A stretch of DNA of 54,452 nucleotides, taken from contig CAZZND010000001.1 of NCBI GenBank assembly GCA_964655465.1, positions 1-54,452 of the forward strand, in the 5' to 3' direction. The DNA is from an uncultured Actinomycetes bacterium. GTDB taxonomy: Bacteria > Actinomycetota > UBA4738 > HRBIN12. The translations under genes were made by a program, and so were the position numbers. Below, piece by piece: positions 17,736-25,808 of this stretch (positions within the stretch are counted from its first letter, which is position 1; every line of letters starts with the position of its first letter). Below the pieces are notes generated by a model. The model saw only the letters and a list, made by a program, of their open reading frames with translations. It was not told where the DNA came from and did not search any database.

Positions 17736-18881
17736 GTGCGTGATGACGAGGCGCTCAGGTTCGCCATCGACGAACTGGCCCGTCTGATCGAGATCCCTTC
17801 GGTTTCCGATCGCGAGCACGAAGCGATGAAGCACCTGGCGCTTCGGTGCCGGCAACTCGATCTGCCGGTCGAAGAGCAGCCGGTGGCGGGAGCGGGTCCG
17901 AACCTGCTCGTCGGATGGGACCCGTCGCCGACGCTCCTGTTGACGGCCCATATCGACACGATCGTCCCCACGTGGCAGACCGATCACCGAGCGACCGTTG
18001 ACGGATCCGTCGTCCACGGTCTCGGTGCGCAGGATGACAAAGGTTGCGCTGTCGCCATCTTGCTGGCTCTGCTCATGGCTCGCGATGCGGGGATGCCGGT
18101 CGAGCGCTTGCCGGTCGCTCTGGGGTTCTGCGTCGACGAGGAGGTCGGAGGGAAAGGCTCCCGAGCCATGGCGGACTCCATGCGTCCACCGTTCGTCGTC
18201 GCTTCGGAGGGAACGGAGCTCGACGTTGCCGTAACGGAGACAGGTTTCGTCGAGGCCTGGGTCCGGATCGAGGGGCGTTCGATGCACGGATCGCTGATCG
18301 AGGAGGCGGACAACCCGCTGCTGCGCGCTGCCGGTCTCATACAGGATCTCGTCCGGGCCCCCTTCACCCAGATCGAGCACCCCATCGCGGGCAGGAACAT
18401 GGTTGCCATCCTGCACCTGCTCGCCGAACAGCGTTCGAACGCAACACCCGATGAGGCCCTGATGCTTATCGCGGCCCGCGTCTTCGGACAGCCGGACCTC
18501 GGCGACGTGGCAGAGGAGCTGACGCGGATCTGCGCCGGGCACCGAGCGAGGTTCGAGGAGATCGATCGTGGCGGTTGGTGGGAGACGCAGTGGGACGCGC
18601 CGCTCGTCCGAGCGCTCGGCAGTGCATCCGAGCGAGCGATCGGCCGAACCCCGCGGCCCACCAGGATGCCGGCGTGGACCGATGCCCATAGCTTCCATGA
18701 CCGGAGCGGCTCGCAGGTGGTGGTCTACGGGCCGGGTCACCTGCGGACTGCTCACCGACCCGACGAGCACATCGATGCGGCGGAGATCGTGCGTGCGGCC
18801 CGCGTGATGGCCCAGGTGATCGGCGACGTCCATCAACTCGAGGACGCAGTGCCGGCGACGGAGAAAGGGGAAGCGCCATGA
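17736..18881 (+). CDS. M20-family amidohydrolase/peptidase (ArgE/DapE-like), paralog 2
   Basis: 381-aa ORF with a GTG start after the GAGGGAG RBS. It has LLLTAHIDTIVP, GAQDDKGC and AWTDAHSF, and is collinear with 10466-11578. Confidence 0.85.
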   Translation: MRDDEALRFAIDELARLIEIPSVSDREHEAMKHLALRCRQLDLPVEEQPVAGAGPNLLVGWDPSPTLLLTAHIDTIVPTWQTDHRATVDGSVVHGLGAQDDKGCAVAILLALLMARDAGMPVERLPVALGFCVDEEVGGKGSRAMADSMRPPFVVASEGTELDVAVTETGFVEAWVRIEGRSMHGSLIEEADNPLLRAAGLIQDLVRAPFTQIEHPIAGRNMVAILHLLAEQRSNATPDEALMLIAARVFGQPDLGDVAEELTRICAGHRARFEEIDRGGWWETQWDAPLVRALGSASERAIGRTPRPTRMPAWTDAHSFHDRSGSQVVVYGPGHLRTAHRPDEHIDAAEIVRAARVMAQVIGDVHQLEDAVPATEKGEAP

Positions 18882-19966
18882 AGCGTGGGAGGACCATCGC
18901 AGCGAGCCTGGCGACGGCGGTGCTGCTTGCCGCATGCGGCACCGGGGGAAGCACCACGGCGGAGGGGACGGAGACGAGCGCAGCGCCGCTCTCGGGCGAC
19001 CTCACCTTCTTCGCCTACGAGGACGCCTTCGAACCTGCGTTGTTGGATCCATTCGAGTCCGCCAACCCAGGGGTGAACGTCAGGACGGCGGCTTTCTCGA
19101 GCGCCGACGAGACGATCACGAAGCTGCAGAGCGGATTCGTGGCGGACGTGGTGAACGTCTGTGTTGAGGACACTGGCCGGATGGTGGCCTCGGGCCTGTT
19201 GCAGCCGATCGACACCGCGCGGCTCGCGAACTGGGAGCGGATGTTCCCGGCGTTCCGCGAGCTGGATGGAGTCGCCGTGGACGGGCAGGTGTACCTCGTG
19301 CCGATGGTGGGCGGGACGAGCGGGATCATGTACGACGAGGACGCCATACCGGAAGGGGTCAGCTCGTACGCGACCGCCTTCTCGGAGGAGTACGCGGGGG
19401 AGATCGGGCTGGATGACGATCCTCTGACGGGGATCGCGGTAGCCGCGATGGCCCTTGGCATCGAGGAGCCTCTCAACCTGACCGAGGACCAGCTCGCCCA
19501 AGTCAAGGGATTCCTGATCGAGAAGAAACCGCTGATCCGGTCGCTCTTCAAGGGGGACTCCGACGTGTCGCAGCTGTTCGGATCGGGTGAGATCAGCATC
19601 GCGATCCCGGGGTACAAGGGCACGACAGAGACCCTTCAGGACGACGGGCTGCCGGCGGCGTTCTCGCTCGCGTCCGAGGGACAGCTGACGTGGACCTGCG
19701 GCTACTCGATCGGCGCGAACGCCGAGAACGTCGATGCCGCCTACGCCCTGATCAACCACTACAGCCAGCCTCAGACCCAGGCCTGGCAAGCGGAGAACTT
19801 CTTCTACCTCGTGTCCAACCAAGACACGCTGGATGCGGTGGCACCCGAGATCGTCGAAACGGCGGGGCTCGAGGACCCGGGGAACTTCGAGAACGCCGTG
19901 CCGTACGCCGTCCCTTCGAACTACGACGAGTGGGTCGCGGTCTGGCGCGAGTTCAAGTCCGCGTAG
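18878..19966 (+). CDS. ABC transporter substrate-binding lipoprotein, PotD/PotF family, paralog 3
   Basis: 362-aa ORF whose ATG overlaps the upstream stop (ATGA). The lipobox is LLAACGT. The fold pattern matches the other SBPs. Confidence 0.9.
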   Translation: MKRGRTIAASLATAVLLAACGTGGSTTAEGTETSAAPLSGDLTFFAYEDAFEPALLDPFESANPGVNVRTAAFSSADETITKLQSGFVADVVNVCVEDTGRMVASGLLQPIDTARLANWERMFPAFRELDGVAVDGQVYLVPMVGGTSGIMYDEDAIPEGVSSYATAFSEEYAGEIGLDDDPLTGIAVAAMALGIEEPLNLTEDQLAQVKGFLIEKKPLIRSLFKGDSDVSQLFGSGEISIAIPGYKGTTETLQDDGLPAAFSLASEGQLTWTCGYSIGANAENVDAAYALINHYSQPQTQAWQAENFFYLVSNQDTLDAVAPEIVETAGLEDPGNFENAVPYAVPSNYDEWVAVWREFKSA

Positions 19967-19978
19967 CTCATGGAGCGG

Positions 19979-20005
19979 AGCGGCCCGGTCTCGGACCGGG
20001 CCGCT
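19979..20005. terminator. Bidirectional stem-loop between convergent genes
   Basis: AGCGGCCCGGTC-TCG-GACCGGGCCGCT, a perfect 12-bp stem between the stops at 19966 (+) and 20013 (-). Confidence 0.65.
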
Positions 20006-20012
20006 GAGGCCG

Positions 20013-21551
20013 TCACGATCCGCGCTCCCGGTCGATCAGGTGGGCCGGCTCCGGTGGAGGATGGGAGGCGATCTCGCGCACGGCCTCTGCAACCCGTTCG
20101 CAGGACCAGCGGAACAGATCGGTCGGCATGTCCAGCGGTGGCTGCAGCCGGTACACCCACTTGCCCCACTGCGTGAGCCCGAGGACGCCGCGCTGTACGG
20201 CGACACGGTGAACGGCCCTGTGGAAGGCCGGAGCGGGCCGGATCGAGCTCTTGTCCTGCACGAACTCGATGCCGATGTACGCGCCCGCTGCCCGGACGTC
20301 GCCCACCTGCTCGACCTGGTGCACGAGCGGTCCGAGCACCTCGAGCGCGGTCCGTTCCATCAGCATGACGTTCTCGAGCGCGCCGGTGTCGAGGATCGCG
20401 TCGATGTTGGCGAGGGCGCCCGCCGCAGATGGTGGCGTCCACGCGAAGGTGCCGCCCAGAGCGAGGGTGCTGCTCGCCATGATCTCCTCGGTGCCCAAGA
20501 TCGCGCCGATCGGCTGTCCACCGCCGCTGAACCCCTTGCCGAGGAGCAGCAGATCCGGGCGGATGCCGTAGCGCTCGGCCGCGAACATCGTGCCGCAGCG
20601 TCCCAGGCCGGTCTGGACCTCGTCGAGGATCAGCTTCCAGCCCCATCGCGTACACATCGCCTGCAACCGCTCCCAGAACGCGGGCGAGGGCACGATGATC
20701 CCGCCCTCACCCAGCACGGGCTCTATCAGTACGCCGGCGATCTCGCCTGGTTCGACCTGGTGAACCAGCACCCAGTCCTCGAGATAGTCGAGCGTGGCCG
20801 TGTCATCGAAGGGTCCGGCCCCGCGATGGAACGGGGCCCGGTAGGCGTTCGGGTAGGGGATGAAGACGAGGCCCGGCGCGAACTGCGCGTGCTGGGTAGT
20901 CACCTCGGAGAGATCGGTCGACGATCCCGCCGTGAGGTAGGTGCTCTCGCCGTGGTACTGACCGAGGAACCCGAGGATCATCGGGCGGCCCGTGGCCTCT
21001 CGAGCAAGCTTGATGCCGCCTTCGACCGCCAGGGTGCCCGACAAGGAGTAGGCGACCCGCGAAAGGCCCTCCGGCGCGATCTCGAGGATGCGCTCGGCGA
21101 GCTCGATGACCGGCTCCGAGATCGTGTAGGCGGTGTTCTGCATGCCGAGCGAGCGTTCGCACTCGATCACAGCCTCGGTCACTCTCGACGTCCCTCGAAG
21201 AGGGGTCGACCCCCAGGCCGAGACATGGTCGGCGAACGTGTTGCCGTCCACGTCCTCCAGCAGCCACCCTCGTTGCCTGGCAAGGACGAGGGGTACGTCC
21301 GCGTGGTCGGCACGGCCGATGTACCGGCGGTCGAATCGGTCCAAGAGCTTGGAACTCAACGGACCGGGCAACGACGTGCGGACGCGAGGAGATTCGCCCT
21401 CCAGGGATGTGCGTAGTCGGTCCGTCTCCGCGTCGATGGCCAGACTGTAGGTGTCCCGTTCCGTCCTGTCGTCTCGGATCGCGGCGTGAGGAGGCGAAGA
21501 TCCATCGAACTTCGGACCGTGGCGGTCGTCCTCTGCCTTGACTCGACCCAC
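20013..21551 (-). CDS. Class-III (omega) aminotransferase, paralog 2
   Basis: It has LPGPLSSKL, DEVQTGLGRCGTMFAAE and the PLP-lysine block LGKGFSGG. I place the start at the in-frame GTG 21551-21549. This GTG sits in the same TAGAC(A/T)-GTCGACC-start arrangement as kbl, and it avoids overlap with the divergent permease gene. The N-terminus is still uncertain. Confidence 0.8.
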   Translation of the reverse strand: MGRVKAEDDRHGPKFDGSSPPHAAIRDDRTERDTYSLAIDAETDRLRTSLEGESPRVRTSLPGPLSSKLLDRFDRRYIGRADHADVPLVLARQRGWLLEDVDGNTFADHVSAWGSTPLRGTSRVTEAVIECERSLGMQNTAYTISEPVIELAERILEIAPEGLSRVAYSLSGTLAVEGGIKLAREATGRPMILGFLGQYHGESTYLTAGSSTDLSEVTTQHAQFAPGLVFIPYPNAYRAPFHRGAGPFDDTATLDYLEDWVLVHQVEPGEIAGVLIEPVLGEGGIIVPSPAFWERLQAMCTRWGWKLILDEVQTGLGRCGTMFAAERYGIRPDLLLLGKGFSGGGQPIGAILGTEEIMASSTLALGGTFAWTPPSAAGALANIDAILDTGALENVMLMERTALEVLGPLVHQVEQVGDVRAAGAYIGIEFVQDKSSIRPAPAFHRAVHRVAVQRGVLGLTQWGKWVYRLQPPLDMPTDLFRWSCERVAEAVREIASHPPPEPAHLIDRERGS

Positions 21552-21568
21552 GGTCGACTGTCTACTAT
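21552..21568. promoter_or_regulatory. Phased GTNNAC operator (site 3) in a divergent promoter region
   Basis: GTCGAC-T-GTCTAC at 21553-21565. The plus-strand -10-like box is TACTAT (21563-21568). The minus-strand -10-like box is TAGACA (21564-21559), 7 nt before GTG 21551. Confidence 0.6.
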
Positions 21569-21636
21569 CTTCCGCCCGTCCCCAGCGCCGCTGCCGACCT
21601 GCCGGCGGCTCGGTACGGAGGGTGCCCGGAGGTGAC

Positions 21637-22518
21637 GTGGCCGACCAGATCGCGACGGTGAAGACTGAGGAGGAGCGCCGCTCTGAGCCGATCGGTGGGG
21701 CTGGTCGCCCCGCCCGCGTTGCCAGGATCGCCTTCCTGGCCGGGGTCATGCTGCTGCTGTACGGGCCACTAGCGGTCCTCGCCCTCTTCTCTTTCAACGA
21801 TCAGATCGTGATCGCGTTGCCGTTCCACGCATTCACGCTCGAGTGGTATCGAGAGGCGCTCGACAACAAGCTGGTTCGGGAGTCGCTGAAGAACTCGCTG
21901 ATCCTGGCCTCCATCGTGACGCCGGTCGCGGTGGTGCTCGGGACGCTGGCCGCGTTCGCCCTCACGCGGTTCGCCTACCGGCTCCGCGGCGGCGTGGCGA
22001 TCCTCGTGGGAGGTCCGCTCGTGGTGCCGTGGCTGCTGATCGCCGTCGGGCTGTTGCTGTTCTTCAGCCGGCTCAAGATAGCGCTAGGGTTCACCACGAT
22101 CGGCCTGTCGCACGTGGTGGTCGCGTTCCCGCTCGTTGCGGCCATCGTCTCGGCCCGGCTCCTGCGGTTCGATCCGCGCCAGGAAGAGGCGGCGCGCGAT
22201 CTGGGCGCCACCAACGGCGAGGTCCTGAGGTTCGTGATCCTCCCGCACCTCGCGCCCGCGATCGCCGCCGCGGCGGTCCTCGCCTTCAGCTACTCGTTCA
22301 ACAATTTCGTGATCAGCTTCTTCACCGGAGGCTTCGAGCTCACCTTCCCGACGTGGGTGTTCTCGACCCTCCGCCATGCGCAGAACGTGCCGATTGTCAA
22401 CGCGATCTCGACGCTCGTCTCGGCGGTCCAACTGGCGGTCATCGTGCTCGCCTGGGTGCTGTGGAACCGTCGCGCGCGCAGGATCGCCAGCGCCGACCCG
22501 ATGGCGATGCTGTGGTAG
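21637..22518 (+). CDS. ABC transporter permease (PotC-like), system 1
   Basis: In-frame GTG at 21637 follows GGAGG. The product is a multi-TM protein with the EAA-type loop EEAARDLGATNGEVLRFVILPHLAPAI. Confidence 0.85.
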   Translation: MADQIATVKTEEERRSEPIGGAGRPARVARIAFLAGVMLLLYGPLAVLALFSFNDQIVIALPFHAFTLEWYREALDNKLVRESLKNSLILASIVTPVAVVLGTLAAFALTRFAYRLRGGVAILVGGPLVVPWLLIAVGLLLFFSRLKIALGFTTIGLSHVVVAFPLVAAIVSARLLRFDPRQEEAARDLGATNGEVLRFVILPHLAPAIAAAAVLAFSYSFNNFVISFFTGGFELTFPTWVFSTLRHAQNVPIVNAISTLVSAVQLAVIVLAWVLWNRRARRIASADPMAMLW

Positions 22519-23393
22519 CCAGCGCAGCTGCTGCGCCTCACCGCCGTAGCCTCGCCGGGCCGTTCTACGCGGCGCTGCCCACGGCGGTGCTCCTGCTGCT
22601 GTTCGTGGGGCCGATGCTCATCCTGCTGTACTTCTCGTTCCAGGAGTCGCTGTTCGGCCAGGCGAAGGGCTGGACGTTCGACAACTACACGTCGATCCTG
22701 ACCGATCGCACCTACGGGAAGGTCATGCTCACCACCGTCACGATCTGCACGATCTCCATGCTGGTGATGCTCGCGATCGCGATCCCCATGGCCTACCTAC
22801 TCGCCTTCCGCCTGCGCCCGAAGATGGAGTTGCTGTTCCTCCTCCTGCTCGTGCTCTCCGAAGAGCTCAACCCGTTGATCCGGGTGTACGCCTGGCGCAC
22901 CATCTTGGGTCGGCAAGGAGTCGTGAACTTCCTTCTCATGAAGCTCGGGCTCATCGAACACCCGATCGACGTGCTGTTGTTCTCGAGCCTGGCGGTTGTC
23001 ATCGTCATGTCGACCACTTACGTGCCGTACACGACCATCCCGATCTACGCGGCGTTGAAGGCGGTGGACCCCTCACTTCTCGAGGCGGCGGACGATCTGG
23101 GGGCCTCGTTCGCGACGAGGTTCCGCAAGATCCTCCTTCCGCTCGCGGCGCCGGGGATCTTCGTGTCGATCATCTTGGTCTACATCCCCTTGTACTCGGA
23201 GTTCGCCGCGCCGTCGCTGGTCGGCGGGACCAGCGGCTACATGATCGGCAACGCCATCCAGGAGCAGATCCTGGAGGCGGGCAACCGCGGTGTCGGCGCG
23301 GCGATGAGCTTCATGTTGCTGGTGCTGTCGGGGGCGATCGCCTTCGCCGGGTACCGGCTCGGCAGGATCAAGCGGCTGCAAGCGACGGCATAG
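22512..23393 (+). CDS. ABC transporter permease (PotB-like), system 1
   Basis: In-frame GTG at 22512 overlaps the upstream stop. The product is a multi-TM protein with the EAA loop LEAADDLGASFATRFRKILLPLAAPGI. Confidence 0.85.
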   Translation: MVASAAAAPHRRSLAGPFYAALPTAVLLLLFVGPMLILLYFSFQESLFGQAKGWTFDNYTSILTDRTYGKVMLTTVTICTISMLVMLAIAIPMAYLLAFRLRPKMELLFLLLLVLSEELNPLIRVYAWRTILGRQGVVNFLLMKLGLIEHPIDVLLFSSLAVVIVMSTTYVPYTTIPIYAALKAVDPSLLEAADDLGASFATRFRKILLPLAAPGIFVSIILVYIPLYSEFAAPSLVGGTSGYMIGNAIQEQILEAGNRGVGAAMSFMLLVLSGAIAFAGYRLGRIKRLQATA

Positions 23394-23402
23394 GAGGACG
23401 AC

Positions 23403-24542
23403 GTGTCTGAGGCATCGGAGTCGCGGGGTGGCGGGCCCGCCATGCGGCTGGAGGGGGTGGTGAAGCGGTTCGGCGATGTCGTGGCGGTCGATCACATCGA
23501 CTTCGAGATCCGGCCGAGCGAGTTCTTCTCTTTGCTCGGTCCGAGCGGCTGCGGCAAGACCACGACCCTGCGCATGCTCGCAGGGTTCGAGCGCCCCACC
23601 GAGGGACGCATCCTGATCGACGAGGTCGACTCCGCCGATCTGCCGCCGCACCGCCGCGATACGAACATGGTGTTCCAGAGCTACGCGCTGTTCCCGCACA
23701 TGACCGTGGCGCAGAACGTGGCGTTCGGGCCGCAGCGCAAGCGGTTGGGGCGTGCGGAGGTCGAGAACGCCGTGCGTGAGGCTCTCGCCACGGTACGGAT
23801 GAGGGACTACGCCGGCCGCTACCCGCGCGAGCTCTCCGGCGGGCAGCAGCAGCGGATCGCGCTCGCGCGCGCGCTCGACGAGCCGCTCGGGGCGCTCGAC
23901 CTGAAGCTCCGCGAGGAGATGCAGTTCGAGTTGAAGCGCATCCAGCGCGACGTGGGGATCAGCTTCGTCTATGTCACGCACGACCAAGGTGAGGCCATCA
24001 CGATGTCGGATCGGATCGCCGTGATGAACGGCGGTCGTGTCGAGCACCTCGGCACACCCGAAGAGGTCTACCTGCGGCCCGCCACGCGGTTCGTGGCCGG
24101 CTTCATCGGGCAGGCGAGCTTCCTGCCGTGCCGCGTCGAGACCGCCGGCCGCGATAGCGCTCGTGTCGTGCTCCCCGGTGGGGTCCCCGCGACGGCCGGG
24201 GGTGCCGCGGCAGGGTGCGTCGCCGGCACCGAGGCCGTGCTGATGCTGCGCCCAGAGCACGTGCGGTTGAGCGCCGCCGATCCCGGCCGGCCCGGCTCGT
24301 TCCCGGCCCGTGTCGTCGAGCAGGTCTTCCAGGGCGCGGTGGTGCGCTACGGCCTCGAGGCCGCCGAAGGCGCGCGCCTCACGGCGATCACGCCGCTCGC
24401 CGACCGCCTCGACCCCGACGCAGGGGGCAACGCGTGGGTGAGCTGGTCCTCCGAGTGGGCGTACGTGTTGCCGGCCGAAGACGGGGGCGAGACGCCAGCA
24501 GAGCAGACGGCGAGGCTTCCCAGCGGCGACGTCGTGTCGTAG
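23403..24542 (+). CDS. ABC transporter ATP-binding protein (PotA-like), system 1, with a 9-aa deletion at Walker B
   Basis: It has Walker A [9 protein letters not shown], Q-loop [11 protein letters not shown], signature LSGGQQQR and H-loop YVTHDQ. The segment between the signature and DEP reads [14 protein letters not shown], whereas the paralog reads [23 protein letters not shown]. Confidence 0.85.
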   Translation: [379 protein letters not shown]

Positions 24543-24551
24543 ACTGTCAAC
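24539..24551 (+). promoter_or_regulatory. Phased GTNNAC operator (site 4) with a -10-like TAGACT, upstream of the grd-like operon
   Basis: GTAGAC-T-GTCAAC overlaps the potA-like stop codon (TAG 24540-24542). TAGACT lies at 24540-24545. Confidence 0.55.
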
Positions 24552-24554
24552 AGC

Positions 24555-25808
24555 TTGTCATCCACCCACGCTGATCTTGTGATCGCGGCGTTCGCGATCG
24601 ACGAGATCGTCGAGGGGACCCAGACAGGGCGGGACGGCACGACGCTGATCGTGTCGCCACCGCAGCTCGCGGTCGGAGCCGGGGAACCGGCACTGGCGGA
24701 GGCCACGGTCGAGGTCGTCCGTCCCGGCGATCGCGTCCGCATCTCGAACGTCCTCGATGCCGTGCTGCCCGACGTGCGCGCGGACGACCCCGTGTGCACG
24801 TTCCCGGGTGCCCTCGGCACCCTCAGCCCGGCGGGGAACGGCCGGTTGCATCGCCTGCGCGGGGTCGCGGTCCTGTCGGTCTGCGACTGGCAGGCCGCCG
24901 GCCACGTCGAGCCCGACGACTTCCCGGATTGCGTCGTGGACATGGACGGGCCGGGCGCGTCCCTCAGCCCCTGGGGCTCGACGTGCAACGTCGTCGTGCG
25001 GGCGGTGCCGGCGACCGGCGCGCCGGTCGCCGACGTAGATCGCGCGATCCGGCGCGCGACGCTTCGCGTCGCGCGCACCCTCGCCGAGACAACCATGGAG
25101 GCTGCGCCCGACGACGTGACCACCTTCGGACCGCTGCGCGCCGCGCCGGACGACCTGCCTCGCGTCGCGGCCATCCTGCAGGTCGCCTCCGAGGGTCCGC
25201 TGACCGACACGTTCTTCTACGGGGCGCCGATGGGCGGCCTGGTTCCCACCGTGATCGATCCCCGCGAACCGCTCGGTGGCGCGTTGATCAACGGGGCGTA
25301 CGACTGGCCGTCGGTCCGCAACCAGACGGCGACGTACCAGGACCTCGCGCTCGTCCACGAGCTGATCGCCGCCGACGGCGAGCGTCTGCGCTTCGCCGGG
25401 CTGATCGTGGCGCTCGGCTACCTCAGCACGGCGTTCGAGAAGCAGCGTTCGGCCATGCTGTCGGCGCGTCTCGCCCGTTCTCTCGGAGCCGACGCTGCGA
25501 TCTGCACGACGTTCTCGTCGGGCAACTCCCACACCGACACGATGCTCACCGTGCGCGCGCTCGAGCGTATGGACATCGCCGCGGTGCCGATCGTGGCCGA
25601 GACCAACGGCGGGCTCACCGACCACGTCCCCGAGGCCGTGAGCATCGTGAGCGTGGGGAACGAGGACGAGCTCGTCGAGGCGTGGACGCCCGACCGCGTG
25701 ATCGGGAGCGACGGGCCCGCGCGCGCCGGCGAGCCCGTCCCGACGTGGGCGTACCTCGGCGCGACGGTGCAGACCGGTGACGGATGGCTCCAGGCGGTGC
25801 CGGCATGA
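24555..25808 (+). CDS. Glycine/sarcosine/betaine reductase component B, GrdE/GrdG/GrdI-family subunit (no mid-protein Cys, so GrdI-like)
   Basis: 417-aa ORF. From memory it is collinear with GrdE-family proteins (VEVVRPGDRVRISNVLDAV...FPGALG...GRLHRLRGVAV; CVVDMDGPGASLSPWGSTCNVVV; SSGNSHTD...PIVAETNG). Its stop overlaps the start of the GrdB-like gene (ATGA). The start is uncertain: TTG 24555 or GTG 24579. Confidence 0.72.
   Translation: MSSTHADLVIAAFAIDEIVEGTQTGRDGTTLIVSPPQLAVGAGEPALAEATVEVVRPGDRVRISNVLDAVLPDVRADDPVCTFPGALGTLSPAGNGRLHRLRGVAVLSVCDWQAAGHVEPDDFPDCVVDMDGPGASLSPWGSTCNVVVRAVPATGAPVADVDRAIRRATLRVARTLAETTMEAAPDDVTTFGPLRAAPDDLPRVAAILQVASEGPLTDTFFYGAPMGGLVPTVIDPREPLGGALINGAYDWPSVRNQTATYQDLALVHELIAADGERLRFAGLIVALGYLSTAFEKQRSAMLSARLARSLGADAAICTTFSSGNSHTDTMLTVRALERMDIAAVPIVAETNGGLTDHVPEAVSIVSVGNEDELVEAWTPDRVIGSDGPARAGEPVPTWAYLGATVQTGDGWLQAVPA

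Noticed and set aside
21538-21797. Long start choices for the divergent pair (TTG 21538 for the permease, ATG 21797 for the aminotransferase)
   Set aside because: Together they would make the two genes overlap by ~260 nt on opposite strands and would bury the shared operator and promoter. The extensions are Arg/Pro-rich and non-homologous. The internal starts (GTG 21637 after GGAGG, and GTG 21551 in the conserved leaderless module) are better supported.
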